DNA from: Octopus sinensis | Lineage: Eukaryota | NCBI RefSeq assembly: GCF_006345805.1 | Contig: NC_043008.1 | Span: forward strand, 49,600,001-49,664,000 | Reading direction: 5' to 3' | Length of the DNA stretch: 64,000 nt | Part shown: piece after piece, positions 10,475-22,960 of the stretch | Layout: each line of letters opens with the position of its first letter | Position numbering within the stretch: position 1 is the first letter of the stretch | Translations under genes and position numbers: made by a program | Notes under the pieces: generated by a model | Database searches by the model: none | What the model was told of the DNA's origin: nothing | Seen by the model: only the letters and a program-made list of their open reading frames with translations

Positions 10475-10744
10475 ATATCTTATATATAACGGTGTTACCT
10501 TAGCGTGTACGGCTAATCGTAGTATGCGTAGAGTACGCCGTGAAATTACCTGGGCTGGGTTTGGATTATGGTTAGGGTTTAGAGTTTAGGGTTAGATTTA
10601 GAGTTAGATAGCACGTTAAAAGTACAACGCAATGCGGTTAGTCACAACCTGGGTTATAACTGAATGCGCGTATGGTAGCCGCCTGTATACTTTTTCTCTA
10701 TTTTGTATAAATAGATAGGGATAAAGTATCCAGGCACGTACCAC

Positions 10745-10905
10745 ATGAGGGGCTGCTGAAAAGTTCCTAGCTTTAAGAGTATCGTGAAATCTTGGTTGGA
10801 GGCCCAACCTTCCAAGTTCTTTGACTGGGTTTAGAAAAACTGAAGAACCACTGCAATAAATGTGTGAATCTGAGAGGAGAATGTGTTGAGTAAAATCATA
10901 AGTAA
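10745..10905 (+). mobile_element. Truncated mariner-derived MITE (family also at 44951-45148)
   Basis: TIR-like GAGGGGCTGCTGAAAAGTTCC and mariner C-terminal remnant GLEKLKNHCNKCVNLRGECVE*. Confidence 0.65.
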
Positions 10906-11638
10906 CTTGGCGAGGGAAGCAGTACTAATGCCATAAGGTAATCTTTATATTCAACTCATCATGAATATCTTGTTAGACTACCGAATACTGCGTCATTAGC
11001 CTTGAGAGACTTTCTCATTTGGCCGCTTGGTGACACATAGATCGTAGCAGACGACATTCATCTGTCATGGCCGCGCGAATTCCCGTATCACGTGAATTCG
11101 GTCCGTTGGACCTCTTCAGCGGGAAGACATCGCTCGCCGCATCAGTTTTAATTGCTATCGACAATATGACTGTTTGTCATGACGTGTGCTCGAGTGTGAC
11201 ACTTTAAACAACCTTAACTATGGAATGAAACCGACAACAGACATAATCGAAACTTTTAACATGAAACAATGCCAACCCTAACGAAGGCGTTCAATCCATG
11301 ACCACCTCGTTTATTATTTTTTTTTGGTACATCTATGACTACATTTTTGAATCGGTGGTTTCTGTTTTTCAAACAATATGGTGTAATTTGGTGAAGACAC
11401 TTGGCCTACTGGCTAGAGTGTTGCACGCTCGATCGCAAGTTCGTGGTTTCGATTCCCAGGCGAAGCTGTGCGTTGTGTTCTTGAACAAAAACGCTTCATT
11501 TTCCTCAGCTGCAAATGAGTCGACTCAGCCAAGGGTATGTTGCGATCTTGGTCACTTAGATGCCACAGAAACCGAGTAACCTGCCCTATGAGTCAAAAGA
11601 CTCCAGACTCTAATGTCCACGGGTTGTTGTTGTTGTTG

Positions 11639-11669
<31 letters not shown>

Positions 11670-12178
11670 CAGCGGCGGTGGTGGTGATAGTATAATTTGA
11701 GACAGATTTGGCTGCTATATCTTCCAAGCACGAGTGTGAATGACCACATGGAACTCATCATTATTGACCGAGATGTGTTTTTATCTCTTTTGCTTCCAAA
11801 TTCCCCGAATATTTCCTCCCTCTCCCTCGTTCCCGTCCCCTTTATCTACTCCTTCCTCCTTTAATACTGTTTCTCTGTCTGCCCCCCTCTCTCTCCCTCT
11901 CTCAATAATAATCAATCTTTTCGTTTCACTCCTCCTAACGTAACACGCCACAGTTCTTGTCTGCGCTTCAGTTTTAGTCAATGATTAATGGTCAGACGTT
12001 GTACGTTTTCCTAAAATAGCTCAAGCAGCCAAACGATAAAACACATGTTGGTTCATCTAATTTCTCCCCTGTTCCTACAACCCCTCCCTCCCTCCCTCAA
12101 ACAGCCAGCTACCCCTTCAGTCTCTTTCAATTCTGCTTCATTTGCAAACCCATGTCTGTTGTCTGTTCAAAACTTGGA

Positions 12179-12244
<66 letters not shown>

Positions 12245-12253
12245 TGCACACAT

Positions 12254-12310
<57 letters not shown>

Positions 12311-12419
12311 TATAAATATATAAAACACATATTTGTGTGTGTGTATATATATATATATATAAATACATAAACACACACACATATATAACACACATTTGTG
12401 TGTGTGTGTATATCTATAC

Positions 12420-12451
<32 letters not shown>

Positions 12452-12466
12452 GTGTGTGTGTGTATG

Positions 12467-12600
<134 letters not shown>

Positions 12601-12668
12601 GTACAGAGGCAGAGAGGTGATGATGATGATGATGATGAGTTGGTGTTAATATAAGCAATACTGTATAA

Positions 12669-12878
12669 TGGCGAGCTGGCAGAATCGTTAGCACGGTGAG
12701 CAAAATGCCAAGCTGCATTTCGTCCGTCTTTACGTTTTGAGTTCAAATCCCACCGGGTTGACTTTGCCTTTCATCATTTCGGGGTCGATAAATTAAGTAC
12801 CAGTTGAGTATTGAGGTCGATGTATTCGACTAGTCCCCCTCTCCCAAATTCCAGGCCTTGTGCCTATGGTGGAAAGGA
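12669..12878 (+). mobile_element. tRNA-derived SINE, the most abundant family here (other copies ~17281-17490, 21790-21930(-), 22300-22480, 35080-35410(-), 39001-39230, 45500-45680, 46330-46507(-), 55290-55740, 63840-64000)
   Basis: Shared body GAGCTGGCAGAATCGTTAG...GAGTTCAAAT...GTCGACTTTGCCTTTCATCCTTTCGGGGTCGATAAA..AAGTACCAG. Confidence 0.85.
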
Positions 12879-12897
12879 TTATATATATACACACATA

Positions 12898-13636
12898 CAG
12901 GGTGTTTCGAAAAATTTGATTTAATTTCGCAATCTAATAACTTTACCAGTTCTTGTTCAAATGACTTCAAATTTTAACAGCATGTGTAGAAACAGGTCAA
13001 AATTTTATGTTTAATGTTTGATATGTTTATCTTTTCAGGTATAGAAATGGCATTCACAAGAAGAGAAAAGGCGTTTTGTGTACTGGAGTATTCTCGAACA
13101 CAATCGACCAAGACTGTGCAGCGTGCATTTGTGAGAGAGTTCTCTAAAAAAGTCACCTATTGCAATGCAGATTTGGACATGGTACAAAAAATTCAAAGAG
13201 GAAAGCTGTCTGTGCAGGGTAAAAGGATCTGGACGACCACTAACATCGGATAAGAAGAACAAGTCCGGAAACCCAGATTCCTCCAACGATAGTTTGGTGC
13301 GTTCTGAGGATACGCTTGCAAATGAAACCCGACAAACTGCAGCTCGTTGAGGCCATAACAGCAGATGATTAGCAAAACCGCAAACAATTCTGTGGTGATA
13401 TGCAAGAGAAACTTGAAGAAGCCGAGTTCAAGGAACGTCTTGTTTTCAGTGATGAGGCCACATTTCATACGAATGGCAAAGTCACTAAACATAATGTTCG
13501 CATTTGGGGCGAAGAAAATCCCCATGCCACAGTTGAGCATGAGAGTAACTCACCAAAAGTGAATGTGTTCTGCGCCATCTCCAAGAAGCATTTTCATGGC
13601 CCGTTTTTCTTTGAGGGAAATGTGACCGGCGATGTG
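12898..13636 (+). pseudogene. 5' half of a Tc1/mariner transposon with frameshifted transposase (DUF4817-like HTH plus first catalytic Asp)
   Basis: TA|CAGGGTGTTTC left end; ATG 13047 MAFTRREKAFCVLEYSRTQSTKTVQRAF; later frames WYKKFKEESCLCRVKGSGRP and LVFSDEATFHTNGKVTKHNVRIWGEENPH...SPKVNVFCAISKKHFHGPFFFE; truncated before the remaining catalytic residues, no right TIR. Confidence 0.85.
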
Positions 13637-13793
13637 AAATCGTTCATGGAATCCACATACCTTTGAATTCCTCATTCAAATTTGGAGGAATAAATCCTAT
13701 GTTTTTCAACATTAAGCCTGTTTAGTTTCATTTGCTTTGACTCTGTAGTTTCTGTGATATTTGCATCCCAAATGATATCAAATTATATATCTA

Positions 13794-13864
<71 letters not shown>

Positions 13865-13899
13865 ACACACACGCACACACACACGCACACACACGCGCG

Positions 13900-13955
<56 letters not shown>

Positions 13956-16000
13956 CACACACGCACACCACACCACACACACACACACCACACATCTATG
14001 GTGTACTGTTCACATTTGCGATTGGTTAAACATGCGGTCCATGAACGTATCTTTGGTAATTTTGAATCACCATAGTCTGATCAACGTCTAGCTTCAGATT
14101 GCGAATCTCTCGTAGGTACAGAATCCCAACGTGGTTCTCGCTGTATTTACGGCCAAGAGACTGAGAGTATTTGGAATATGGTAGGAAATACGAAAGCGGT
14201 TTTTAAACTTTTTAAACTCTGGAAACACAATAACAATAACAAGAAAAGAAAAAATTCATTGAAGGAACGCATTAGAATGTTTGATGGTGAAAAACGTTCT
14301 TTTACAATTGAGTGGGAAATCGGTAGAGTAAGAACATCAAGACAGAAGCAAATGTCTGAGGAAAGAAATAAGGATTAAGGGATTAATGATCTAATGGATT
14401 TACAACATGATAGAGCTGCTTCATCGAGTGATTGACCAAAATCACAACAAATATTGGTAAACGATTTTCTAACAATTGTGAAACTAAAAGACACAAGATG
14501 TTTCGATTCTCACCGTTTTAAGGAACTCAAGGAAGATTGACTGCCGCAGAAGCATTGAGAAAAATTTGCAATCGTCTCGGTTTGGACAAATAAGAACTTA
14601 AAGAGGAATCGTATGCAGTCTGTTATCCCAGACTTCGATCACCTTTCGAAAATTTTGAATGAACAACTTGCAGCAAACGGTGTCCCTTAAAATCAGAGCT
14701 GCACATTGTCCAAATTCATCTTGACAGTAAATTCAAGTTCGTTTATTTCTGGGAAGTCCTGTAAAAATTGTTTGCTTGACTGTTTCGTATCTTATATAAT
14801 CATAATTATTCATTGCCCAAATCTGTACACCCGAATTCGTTCTTAGCTTATAAATACTTTTTAGACCCTCATTCACGCAAGTCAGTTGCAAAGACACTTT
14901 CAATAAGTTAAAAATAGCTTCATGCTATCAAATGAGATATTCGAGACTTTTTACGTTAGTAAACATCAAAAATGATTAACTTGTTACAACTTCTGCGCAT
15001 ACTAAAAGCTTTAGTGGAAAACTAGAAACAGCTTTTTCCGTTGCTTGCTGTCTGGGCTAAGTGAGCTTTTAAAAATATGCGGTTTGTTAAATGATTAAGA
15101 TTTTAATTCATATGGTGTCTATATCATTCAACTTTTTAAAAAATAATTATATATTTCGCTGTGTATATATATGTTGTGGCGAGGATACGTATTGCGGCTT
15201 CTTTGCTACTTAAAAGTATAGCTTTTATATGATTCTTTTGCTAAATTTCAAGATTAGGCGTGTCCTTCTACATGTTTTCCAGCGAGAACTTTTAAGTACA
15301 GTCCGTCCCTGTCTGTACACATTTAATATCGCTATGAGATTAGGTATGTTGGCGCAGTTACTGCCTCTGACGGCGGCTGCCTAATTAGTTGCACAACAGA
15401 GGGCATATGCAGCGCTAAGGTTCAGAGACTCACCTCTTCCTCTTTTGGCATCTTGAGGTCGTGGAGCAAAGACGCGATCTAGTTCGTTCTCTCATACCAT
15501 ACACCAACCAGCAAACAGGGGGCAACGCACAGGAGATCATGGCCTCTACGCATCAAAGCATTTCCATTTATCATTTAGCTTGTATATATACGTGTGGCCG
15601 GCATTAAAGATATTTAAAGTTACAGCCTTGTTTTATATATATTATTTATACCGTGTTCCTGTCAAATGATATTACAGCCTTCTGAGTAGAGTCACATTAG
15701 ACGGCTCCACAACCATGATACAAACAGCCCGCTACACCGTCTAAAGGTACCATAAAGGCCTTTTTGGCAGCTTCGACTGAAGATCGATTACAAAAAGACG
15801 AGATGGTTATGGCTGGAACCTATTTGAGCAACAATAACAGCAGCAGCAGCAGCAGCAGCAGCATTAGTAACAGAATGATTTTGATTTTGACCTCTCCTTG
15901 AATTGCGAGTAATTTCAATGAAGTAGAAACAACTGGTCTGGGTAGCCATGTCTAGCAATAGAGAAAAAGAATATAAAATTTCTTTTGTTCAAAGCACACA

Positions 16001-16062
<62 letters not shown>

Positions 16063-16695
16063 AAATATTTATATAATTCTTTATTCTCTATTACTGGTTC
16101 CAGCCAGTGGTGGGTGGCCACGCAGATGGACTGCCATCAAATAAGCCATACAACAGCCGGGAATTATATATTATTCATACAATATATTATCTCCACCTCT
16201 CCCCGTCTGTCTGTTCATCTCCCTCTCTGTTAAACACACACACACACACACGCGTTCATTTGCCGTTCTCCGAAGTTTTTGTTACAGCCCTACTTTCACT
16301 TTCACATTTACCGATCTGAACAGTTTCTTGGAGTTTTCCCAGTTCCTTTTATAAACTACGAATGCTTTGATGTCTTCATTTATTACCATTATGTTGTTGC
16401 GAGTTCAAATCCCGCCGAAGTCAACTTTGCTTTTTATCCTCCAAGAGTCAGTAAAATAAAATAACAGTCCACTACTAGGATTGATGTAATCAGCTAACCC
16501 CTCCCCTCAAAAATTGCCGCTAGCCTTGTGCCTAGATTAGAAAGCATTATTACGTTGTTGGTAAGTCCCATGTCAGCCCTGATTAAACAGACCTATGATC
16601 AAACACATTCCATTTGTGACCATCACTTCCTACCGTTTATGAAGAACTACATTGCTAAAAGCAGTTCTTCTCGTGCTAGCATAGTAGGAGAGAAA

Positions 16696-17013
16696 GGGCC
16701 TGGCCTAGTGGTTAGGAGTATTCGGTTTACGATCGTAAGGTCATGAGTTCGATTCCCGGAGGCGCGCTGTATCCTTGAGCAAGACACTTTATTTCACGCT
16801 GCTCCAGTCCATTCAGCTAGCAAAAATGAGTCTACCAGTAATTCAAAGGGTCAGCCTTGTCACATTCTGTGTTACATTGAATCTTCATGAGAACCACCCA
16901 CGTTAAGGTTAGTCATCTCTACGGAGTACTCAGCCACTTGCACGTTCATTTCACGAGCAGGCTCTTCTGTTGGTCGGATCAACTGGAACCCTCGTCGTTA
17001 CCGACGGAGTACC
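16696..17013 (+). mobile_element. tRNA-derived SINE, second family (partial minus copy ~62500-62680)
   Basis: Head GGCCTAGTGGTTAGG...GAGTTCGATTCCC; tail TTTCACGAGCAGGCT...GATCAACTGGAACCCTCGTCG. Confidence 0.75.
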
Positions 17014-17915
17014 ACTTAGTTAATGCGGTTGAGTGTGATATGAGGGTGAGTTGGGGAGGCCTTGCAGAGTCACCACTCCATCGTCTATATTTAGGCAGGG
17101 CGTTCTTGTTTCGTCCCTTGCTCTTTTTTCCATGGAATATCTCTGTAAAAATGGCTCTCATCCACCAAATTTCGCTCAAAAGTTTCCACTTTCGTCTCTG
17201 ATTTAATTTATAATCTGGTTTCGTAGTTTTCTGCAACATATCTTCGTCTTTTCTTCAATATTTTATTTTTGCTTGAAGACGGCGAGTTGACAGAATCGGT
17301 AGCGCACTGGACAGAATGCTTAGCAGCATTTCGTCCGTATCTACGGTCCGAGTTCAAATTCCACCGAGGTCGACTTTGCCTTTCATCCTTTCGGAGTCGA
17401 TAAAATAAGTACCAGTGAAACACTGGGGTCGATGTAATCGACTTATCTCCTCCCTCAAAATGTCAGGCTTTGTGCCTTTAGTAAAAAGGATTATTATTAT
17501 TATTATTATTACTATTATTATTATTATTATCATTATTATCATTATTATTATTATTATTGAAGGCGTATGGCTCAGTGGTCAGAGCGCCGGGCTCATAATC
17601 ACGAGCCCGGACCGGGCTGTGTGTTGTGTTCTTGAGCAAGACACTTTATTTCACGTTGCTCCAGTTCACTCAGCTGTAGAAATGAGTTGTGACGTCACAG
17701 GTGCCAAGCTGTATCGGCCCCTTTGCCTTTACCTTGGATAACATCAGTGGCGCGGAGAGGGGAGGCAGGTATGCATGGGCGACTGTTGCTCTTCCATAAA
17801 CAATCTTGCCCGGACTTGTGCCTTGGAAGGGAACTTTCTAGGTGGTGCAATCCCATGGTCATTCATGACCGAAGGGGGTCTTTACCCTTTTATTATTATT
17901 ATTATTATCATTATT

Positions 17916-18470
17916 GAGTGAGAGAGCAGTTCATGCCATCAAAGTGACACTGGGGTAAAATATACGAAGCCCAATATAACCATCATGACTACCCGTCTGA
18001 TAAGGGCACACCAGGCACATGCATCACAACCATATGTGCGCGACATAGTGATCTCATATCAAGATAAACTGCACATGACCTTGCAGGTGGGGCTCAGTTA
18101 GAATTTTCTTCAGGTTGAGTAGCCCATCCCGCTCAAACGGTCCCTGAATAAGGGTTGTTTAAGGATGTTGAAAAAACCACCCATGTCTCCAGAGGTGAAT
18201 TATTCAAACCCCAAAGAATCCCTCTCAACACATGGCTATGATGCTCCCCCACTACTTCTGCTCGTGATCAGAGATGCACATATCGCCAGCCACTAAGGGA
18301 CATGCTCAACTGGTTACGGTCAAACAACTGACAGGCAAATCTGTGGTATTGAACAGAATATTTGCTGTAGCCCATCTTTTATACCAAGACAGAACAATGT
18401 ACATGATAACACTTCCAATCAGTTAAGATCAGAAGCCATGAGAGCCACTGCCTGGTACTGCATCAGGGCA
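17916..18470. mobile_element. ~555-bp non-coding element embedded in (ATT)n arrays, probable non-autonomous microsatellite-targeting retroelement
   Basis: Both ends abut (ATT)n; no ORF; recognised from memory as a common octopus repeat. Confidence 0.45.
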
Positions 18471-18559
18471 TTTATTATTATTATTATTATTATATTATTA
18501 TTATTATATTATTATTTATTATTATTATTATTTTTATTATTATTATTATTATCATTATG

Positions 18560-18595
<36 letters not shown>

Positions 18596-18620
18596 TATTA
18601 TTATTATATTATTATTATTA

Positions 18621-18993
18621 GTTTCCTTCCATTATAACTTTATTTCTGCTGCCTTAGTACCGGGCATTCTCCAGAGGCCAAGAGTAGCAAGGGCACTTTT
18701 GTTTTGCTCTGCATGCTAAAATTATCATCACATTTATTCCATTTTAGATGGAGAATGCTTTCTGTAGTATATGGGCTGTACCCATCAAGGTTATCTTTTG
18801 TAGTTCAAGGAGATTGGAGTTACCAGGCAGTTGCTTAATATACTTATCCGCTCCCTTCTTTATCATTTCCAACGCACCAATTACTACTGGTATTATCATA
18901 GTACTAAGCATCCATTGTTTTGTGATTTCAATTTGCAGATTTTTATAGCGAAATTTTTATAGCTTTTCGTATTTCTTTCTTGAGACATTTTGA
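18621..18993 (-). pseudogene. 3' end of an R4/Dong-type (RLE) LINE with (TAA)n tail
   Basis: Minus-strand DQNVSRKKYEKL*KFRYKNLQIEITKQWMLSTMIIPVVIGALEMIKKGADKYIKQLPGNSNLLELQKITLMGTAHILQKAFSI* (stop 18756-18754), then 3' UTR and (TAA)n at 18620-18471. Confidence 0.8.
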
Positions 18994-19050
18994 TCTTGTG
19001 GAGCAGATATATCTATTAACAAACAAGTTATTACTATTATTATTATTATT

Positions 19051-19122
<72 letters not shown>

Positions 19123-19702
19123 TATTATCATTATTATTATTATTATTTTTATGATTATTATTATTGTTATTATTATTATTATTATTATTAGCCTTTTAAA
19201 AAGCTCAAGCATTAATCATAAAGGCGTGTCTCTCCTTTCACAATGGAATATCTCCCATTTCTAACACAATGCTACATTTAAACATACTGACGCTGTAAAC
19301 TTTATCCTCTAAAAGTTCACCTGGCTTGTTGGTATGAAGTCGTTAAGCAACACACTCCATCTTTTGACCGATAAACTATTAACTCCTGACCTGAGGGTTA
19401 TATTTTCTGATATATTCGTAGTGATAATCCAAAACTGCACTAGCAGGAAACGGTGCAGAACCCTGTAGTGCTAACATTTCGTACATACTGTCAATAGTAT
19501 CGTATTGAAACAATGGAAACATTGCGCAGTGCCTCGAGGGCCCCACGAGTTTAAGACACCCAGTGTTGATCTATTTATGATGTGGTTGGTTGTCTATGCA
19601 GGGACAAGAGGCATAGCCAGGTTCTAGAGTTAGGGGGAACGGGTACATAAAAAAGAGCATTGTGACACTTATCAAACAATTTTAAACTCATTTCTCTTAT
19701 AT

Positions 19703-20210
19703 TACGCGAAATTAGTTATAATACACGTTGAAATTGAAAAAGAGTTGGCAGAATATCTGCCAACTATTAAGTTTATTGCCAGGGGTGTCAAGTACGCAAC
19801 GGTGTGGTTGCTATTTGACACCCCTGAGGTGGCTCGCAAATTTGCAAGCCAGCCCTTAGAAGGGCAAAAGATTCTGTTTCTTCCCACATATTGTAGGAAG
19901 AAATTAACAAGAGCTTGGGTCTGTGGGCTGCCACCCGGGATAGAACCCAACTGGATAGAAGACACTATCCACCGGGGTCTGGGTGGTAGCGGTGCCAAGC
20001 TCCTAAATGTTAAATTTCTGCCCGCGGCTGATTGGGTGGGGTCAAAAGTGGTTTTGACCCTGTGGACCCAATCAGCCAATAATCTGGTTTTCCCAGATTT
20101 TTTGAGAATGGCCAGTTCTAGGTATCCGGTGATTCTTGAGGGACGCCCCCCCCGCCCCAAGTGTCACTGCAGGTGACTACGGAGGTCATATCGGACGTCG
20201 ATATGTTCAG
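19703..20210 (+). pseudogene. LINE ORF1-like fragment (RRM-like folds plus broken gag-type knuckle)
   Basis: ~155 open codons with VWLLFDTPEVARKF and TRAWVCGLPPGIEP, ending ILEGRPPRPKCHC then frameshifted GDYGGHIGRRY; no ATG start, no ORF2 recognised. Confidence 0.4.
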
Positions 20211-20564
20211 GGTGATGGACTCCTTTCCGAAGGACCAGTTTAGGTTCACCTTCTGGGGCCCCGACCTGCAGGAGTCATACGGCCTGGTCGGGGAGGAAGG
20301 ATAAAGAGGCTTTAATGCCTAAATTTTTATTGTTTGCAAGAGGCTCATCGTAGAACTCAGGTAAGAGGTTTAATACCTCGTTTTGTTGTTTTTTGTTTTG
20401 GAACAAAAAAGAACAATGTTTTAGAGAAGCAGAAGATCGGTGGGTGTCTTTTGCCTTCTCCATTTATACCATCTTTTTCATCACTCATCACGTTAATGTT
20501 TTTTTGTCCAGCCCGCAAGTTACTCCCTCTGTATACGGCCTTCATGGCCAATGAAATGAAATAA

Positions 20565-20916
20565 AGTATCTTGCTTACGAACCACATTGTTCCGGGTTCA
20601 GTCCCACTGTGTGGCACCTTGGGCAAGTGTCTTCTACTATAGCCTCGAGCCGACCAAAGCCTTGTGAGTGGATTTGGTAGACGGAAACTGAAAGAAGCTC
20701 GTCGTATATATATGTGTGTGTGTGTGTGTTTGTCTTTCCACCATCGCTTGACAACCGATGCTGGTGTGTTTACGTCCCCGTAACTTAGCTATTCGGCAAA
20801 AGAGACCGATAGAATAAGCACTAGGCTTACAAAGAGTAAGTCCTGGGGTCGATCTTTTCGACGAAAAGGCAGTGCTCCAGCATGGCCGCAGTCAAATGAT
20901 TGAAACAAATAAAAGA
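20565..20916 (+). mobile_element. tRNA-derived SINE with internal microsatellite, third family (other copies ~28221-28710, 33290-33680(-), 42255-42580, 49325-49470(-), 52490-52830, 63460-63820(-))
   Basis: GGGTTCAGTCCCACTG...TTGGGCAAGTGTCTTCTACTATAGCC...GGATTTGGTAGACGGAAACTGAAAGAAGC-(TG)n-...CTGGGGTCGAT...GTGCTCCAGCATGGCCGCAG. Confidence 0.85.
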
Positions 20917-21092
20917 CTACATGAATGCATACATGCGTTACTGCATGTGTGTGTATGTGCGTGTGCGTGTGTGTGTGTGCGTGTGTGTATGTGCGCGCGC
21001 GCGACCTACTGCAGTGTTCAAAATATATTTTATTTAAATTACCCTTTTTTTTTTAAATTCCAAGATTAAATTTTGCTCGTATTTGCTTAAAG

Positions 21093-21695
21093 CAGAGTTT
21101 CTCAACCAATTTCTTTTAACCTATAGACTGCCCTGATTCCAATCTTACTCGGGTGAACTCTTGATATTTAAAAAAAATCCTATCATATTTTATATAATTA
21201 AATATCATTGAGAATTTGCAATAATTCAGTGAAAAGTGATATATTTTATAAAAGTAGAAAAAAAAGGAGAAAGGAAAACAAAACAAGCAAACAATGCAAT
21301 ACCAAGTGGCTCAATTGGTCGTACACCACAAGATTGAACGGAACCTACTGAAGCAATAGCATACGTTTGCGGCATTACCACGGGCAATGGCGAGGCTAAG
21401 GCGTTGGAAAAGCCAATCATTCTCACGGGCATCACCTGACACCTCGATGAGGCGAGCCGCCAACGATGACAAGAGCCTCGTCGTTAGAAGCCCAGCCCCT
21501 CCAAAAGTCTCAAACACCACAGGTTGGAAGGGACGGTTCACTGGTAGGTTCCGATACTTCAAGAGAATTGTATAAAAAACTGTTAGAATATCTTGTGCAT
21601 TGTAGAAGTAAAACCAATTTATTGTAGATAGATTTTAACAGCAGAATCCTAAATGGACTCCCTAAAGTCACTTTAGCCCCGGTTGACAACCACTG
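21093..21695. mobile_element. hAT-type MITE carrying a nested LINE fragment
   Basis: TIRs CAGAGTTTCTCAACC / GGTTGACAACCACTG; TSD not clear. Confidence 0.55.
21311..21570 (-). pseudogene. C-terminal fragment of a CRE-like (RLE) non-LTR retrotransposon
   Basis: KYRNL...FQPVVFETFGGAG...LAARLIEVSGDARENDWLFQRLSLAIARGNAANV fits the remembered CRE-clade C-terminus (P.A.ET.G...GD.RE..FLFQR.S.AI.RGNA). Confidence 0.7.
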
Positions 21696-22744
21696 ATTTA
21701 GGATGTTATTTTAGGTCCATTTTACGTTGGTAATTATCTCCCTTCTTTTTGTTTCTTTCCTACTGTATGCACAAGGCCCGAAATTTTGGGGGAGAGGGGC
21801 CAGTCGATGAGACGACCCAGTACGCAACTGATACTTAATTTATCGACTTCGAAAGGATGAAAGGCAAAGTCGACCTCGGCGGAATTCGAATACAGAATGT
21901 AGACGTTTCTGCCAGCTCACTGCCTTCTTCTTTTTATCATATTGGTGACATCGTCTCTGACAAAAAGTCTACTTCTCTCAAAGTATGGCTTTGTTGTGTT
22001 TGCGGATCTTAGTTCCTGTTGCTTGCATACTTGAGTCGCAGACAGCTGCCAACTATCACAAGATGCAACAGCTGCTGTCTGGCGCACCAATGGTGCTTCG
22101 TTTTTACCTTATTATTTTTGGCAGGGAGGGTGATGTATTGGTAAAATCATTAAGAGTCGTAGAAAATACCTTGCGGTATTTATTCAAATTCCACCGAGGT
22201 AAATTTTCTCTTTCATCCTTTCAGGGTTGTTAAAATAAAGTACCAGTGAAGTACAAGGGTCGATTTGATACACCCCACCCCGACACAAATTCTGGCCTCG
22301 CGCGACCTGGCAGAATCATTAGCACGGTGGGCGAAATACTTGACTGTATTTCGTCTGTCTTTATGTTCTGAGTCCCAATTCCGCCGAGGTCGACTTAGCG
22401 TTTCATCCTTCAAAGTCGATAAAATAAATACTGTGGTCGATGTTATCAACTTATCCTCTCCCCCGAACTTGTTGGTCTTGTACCAAACATTATTATTAGT
22501 AGTAGTATATAGACACATGTAAAAATGAATAAAGTAGATTTTGTGACAACTGCTTGGTATAGTGTCACCAAGTTACCGGTTCGGATTTCAATCTCTATTT
22601 GGAGCTGTGTGTGTGTATGTGTGTGACGATGGGTGATTAGGTTTCATACCACATCCTCAAACGTCAGATATAAAGTTTAAGCCAGAATAAACGTCACATT
22701 TGCAACAAGCTTGTTTTGAAACTTGAGATTTCTTACCTCGCTGA

Positions 22745-22960
22745 GAACCAATCATAAGAACTACTTCTATGTGCAGCGGAGTCTAAGCGGTAAGATAACC
22801 GGCGGTTCGAAATCCGGATCACCGGGTTTTATGTGTTTGGTGGATTGGTGTGAGGGTGATGTATAAAATGTACAAAAGTTTCCTTCTCTTCATCCACCAT
22901 TAAATAATCTCTGTATCTACTTTGGCGAACAGGTTTCGATTCCTAGTTGTAGCCAATTCA
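22745..22960 (+). promoter_or_regulatory. Possible GRHPR-like promoter (CCAAT cluster)
   Basis: AACCAATCA (~22746), GATTGGT (~22843) and GCCAAT (~22953) in a CpG-containing patch ~1.3 kb upstream of the ATG exon; donor-like G|GTAAGA at 22790. Confidence 0.25.
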
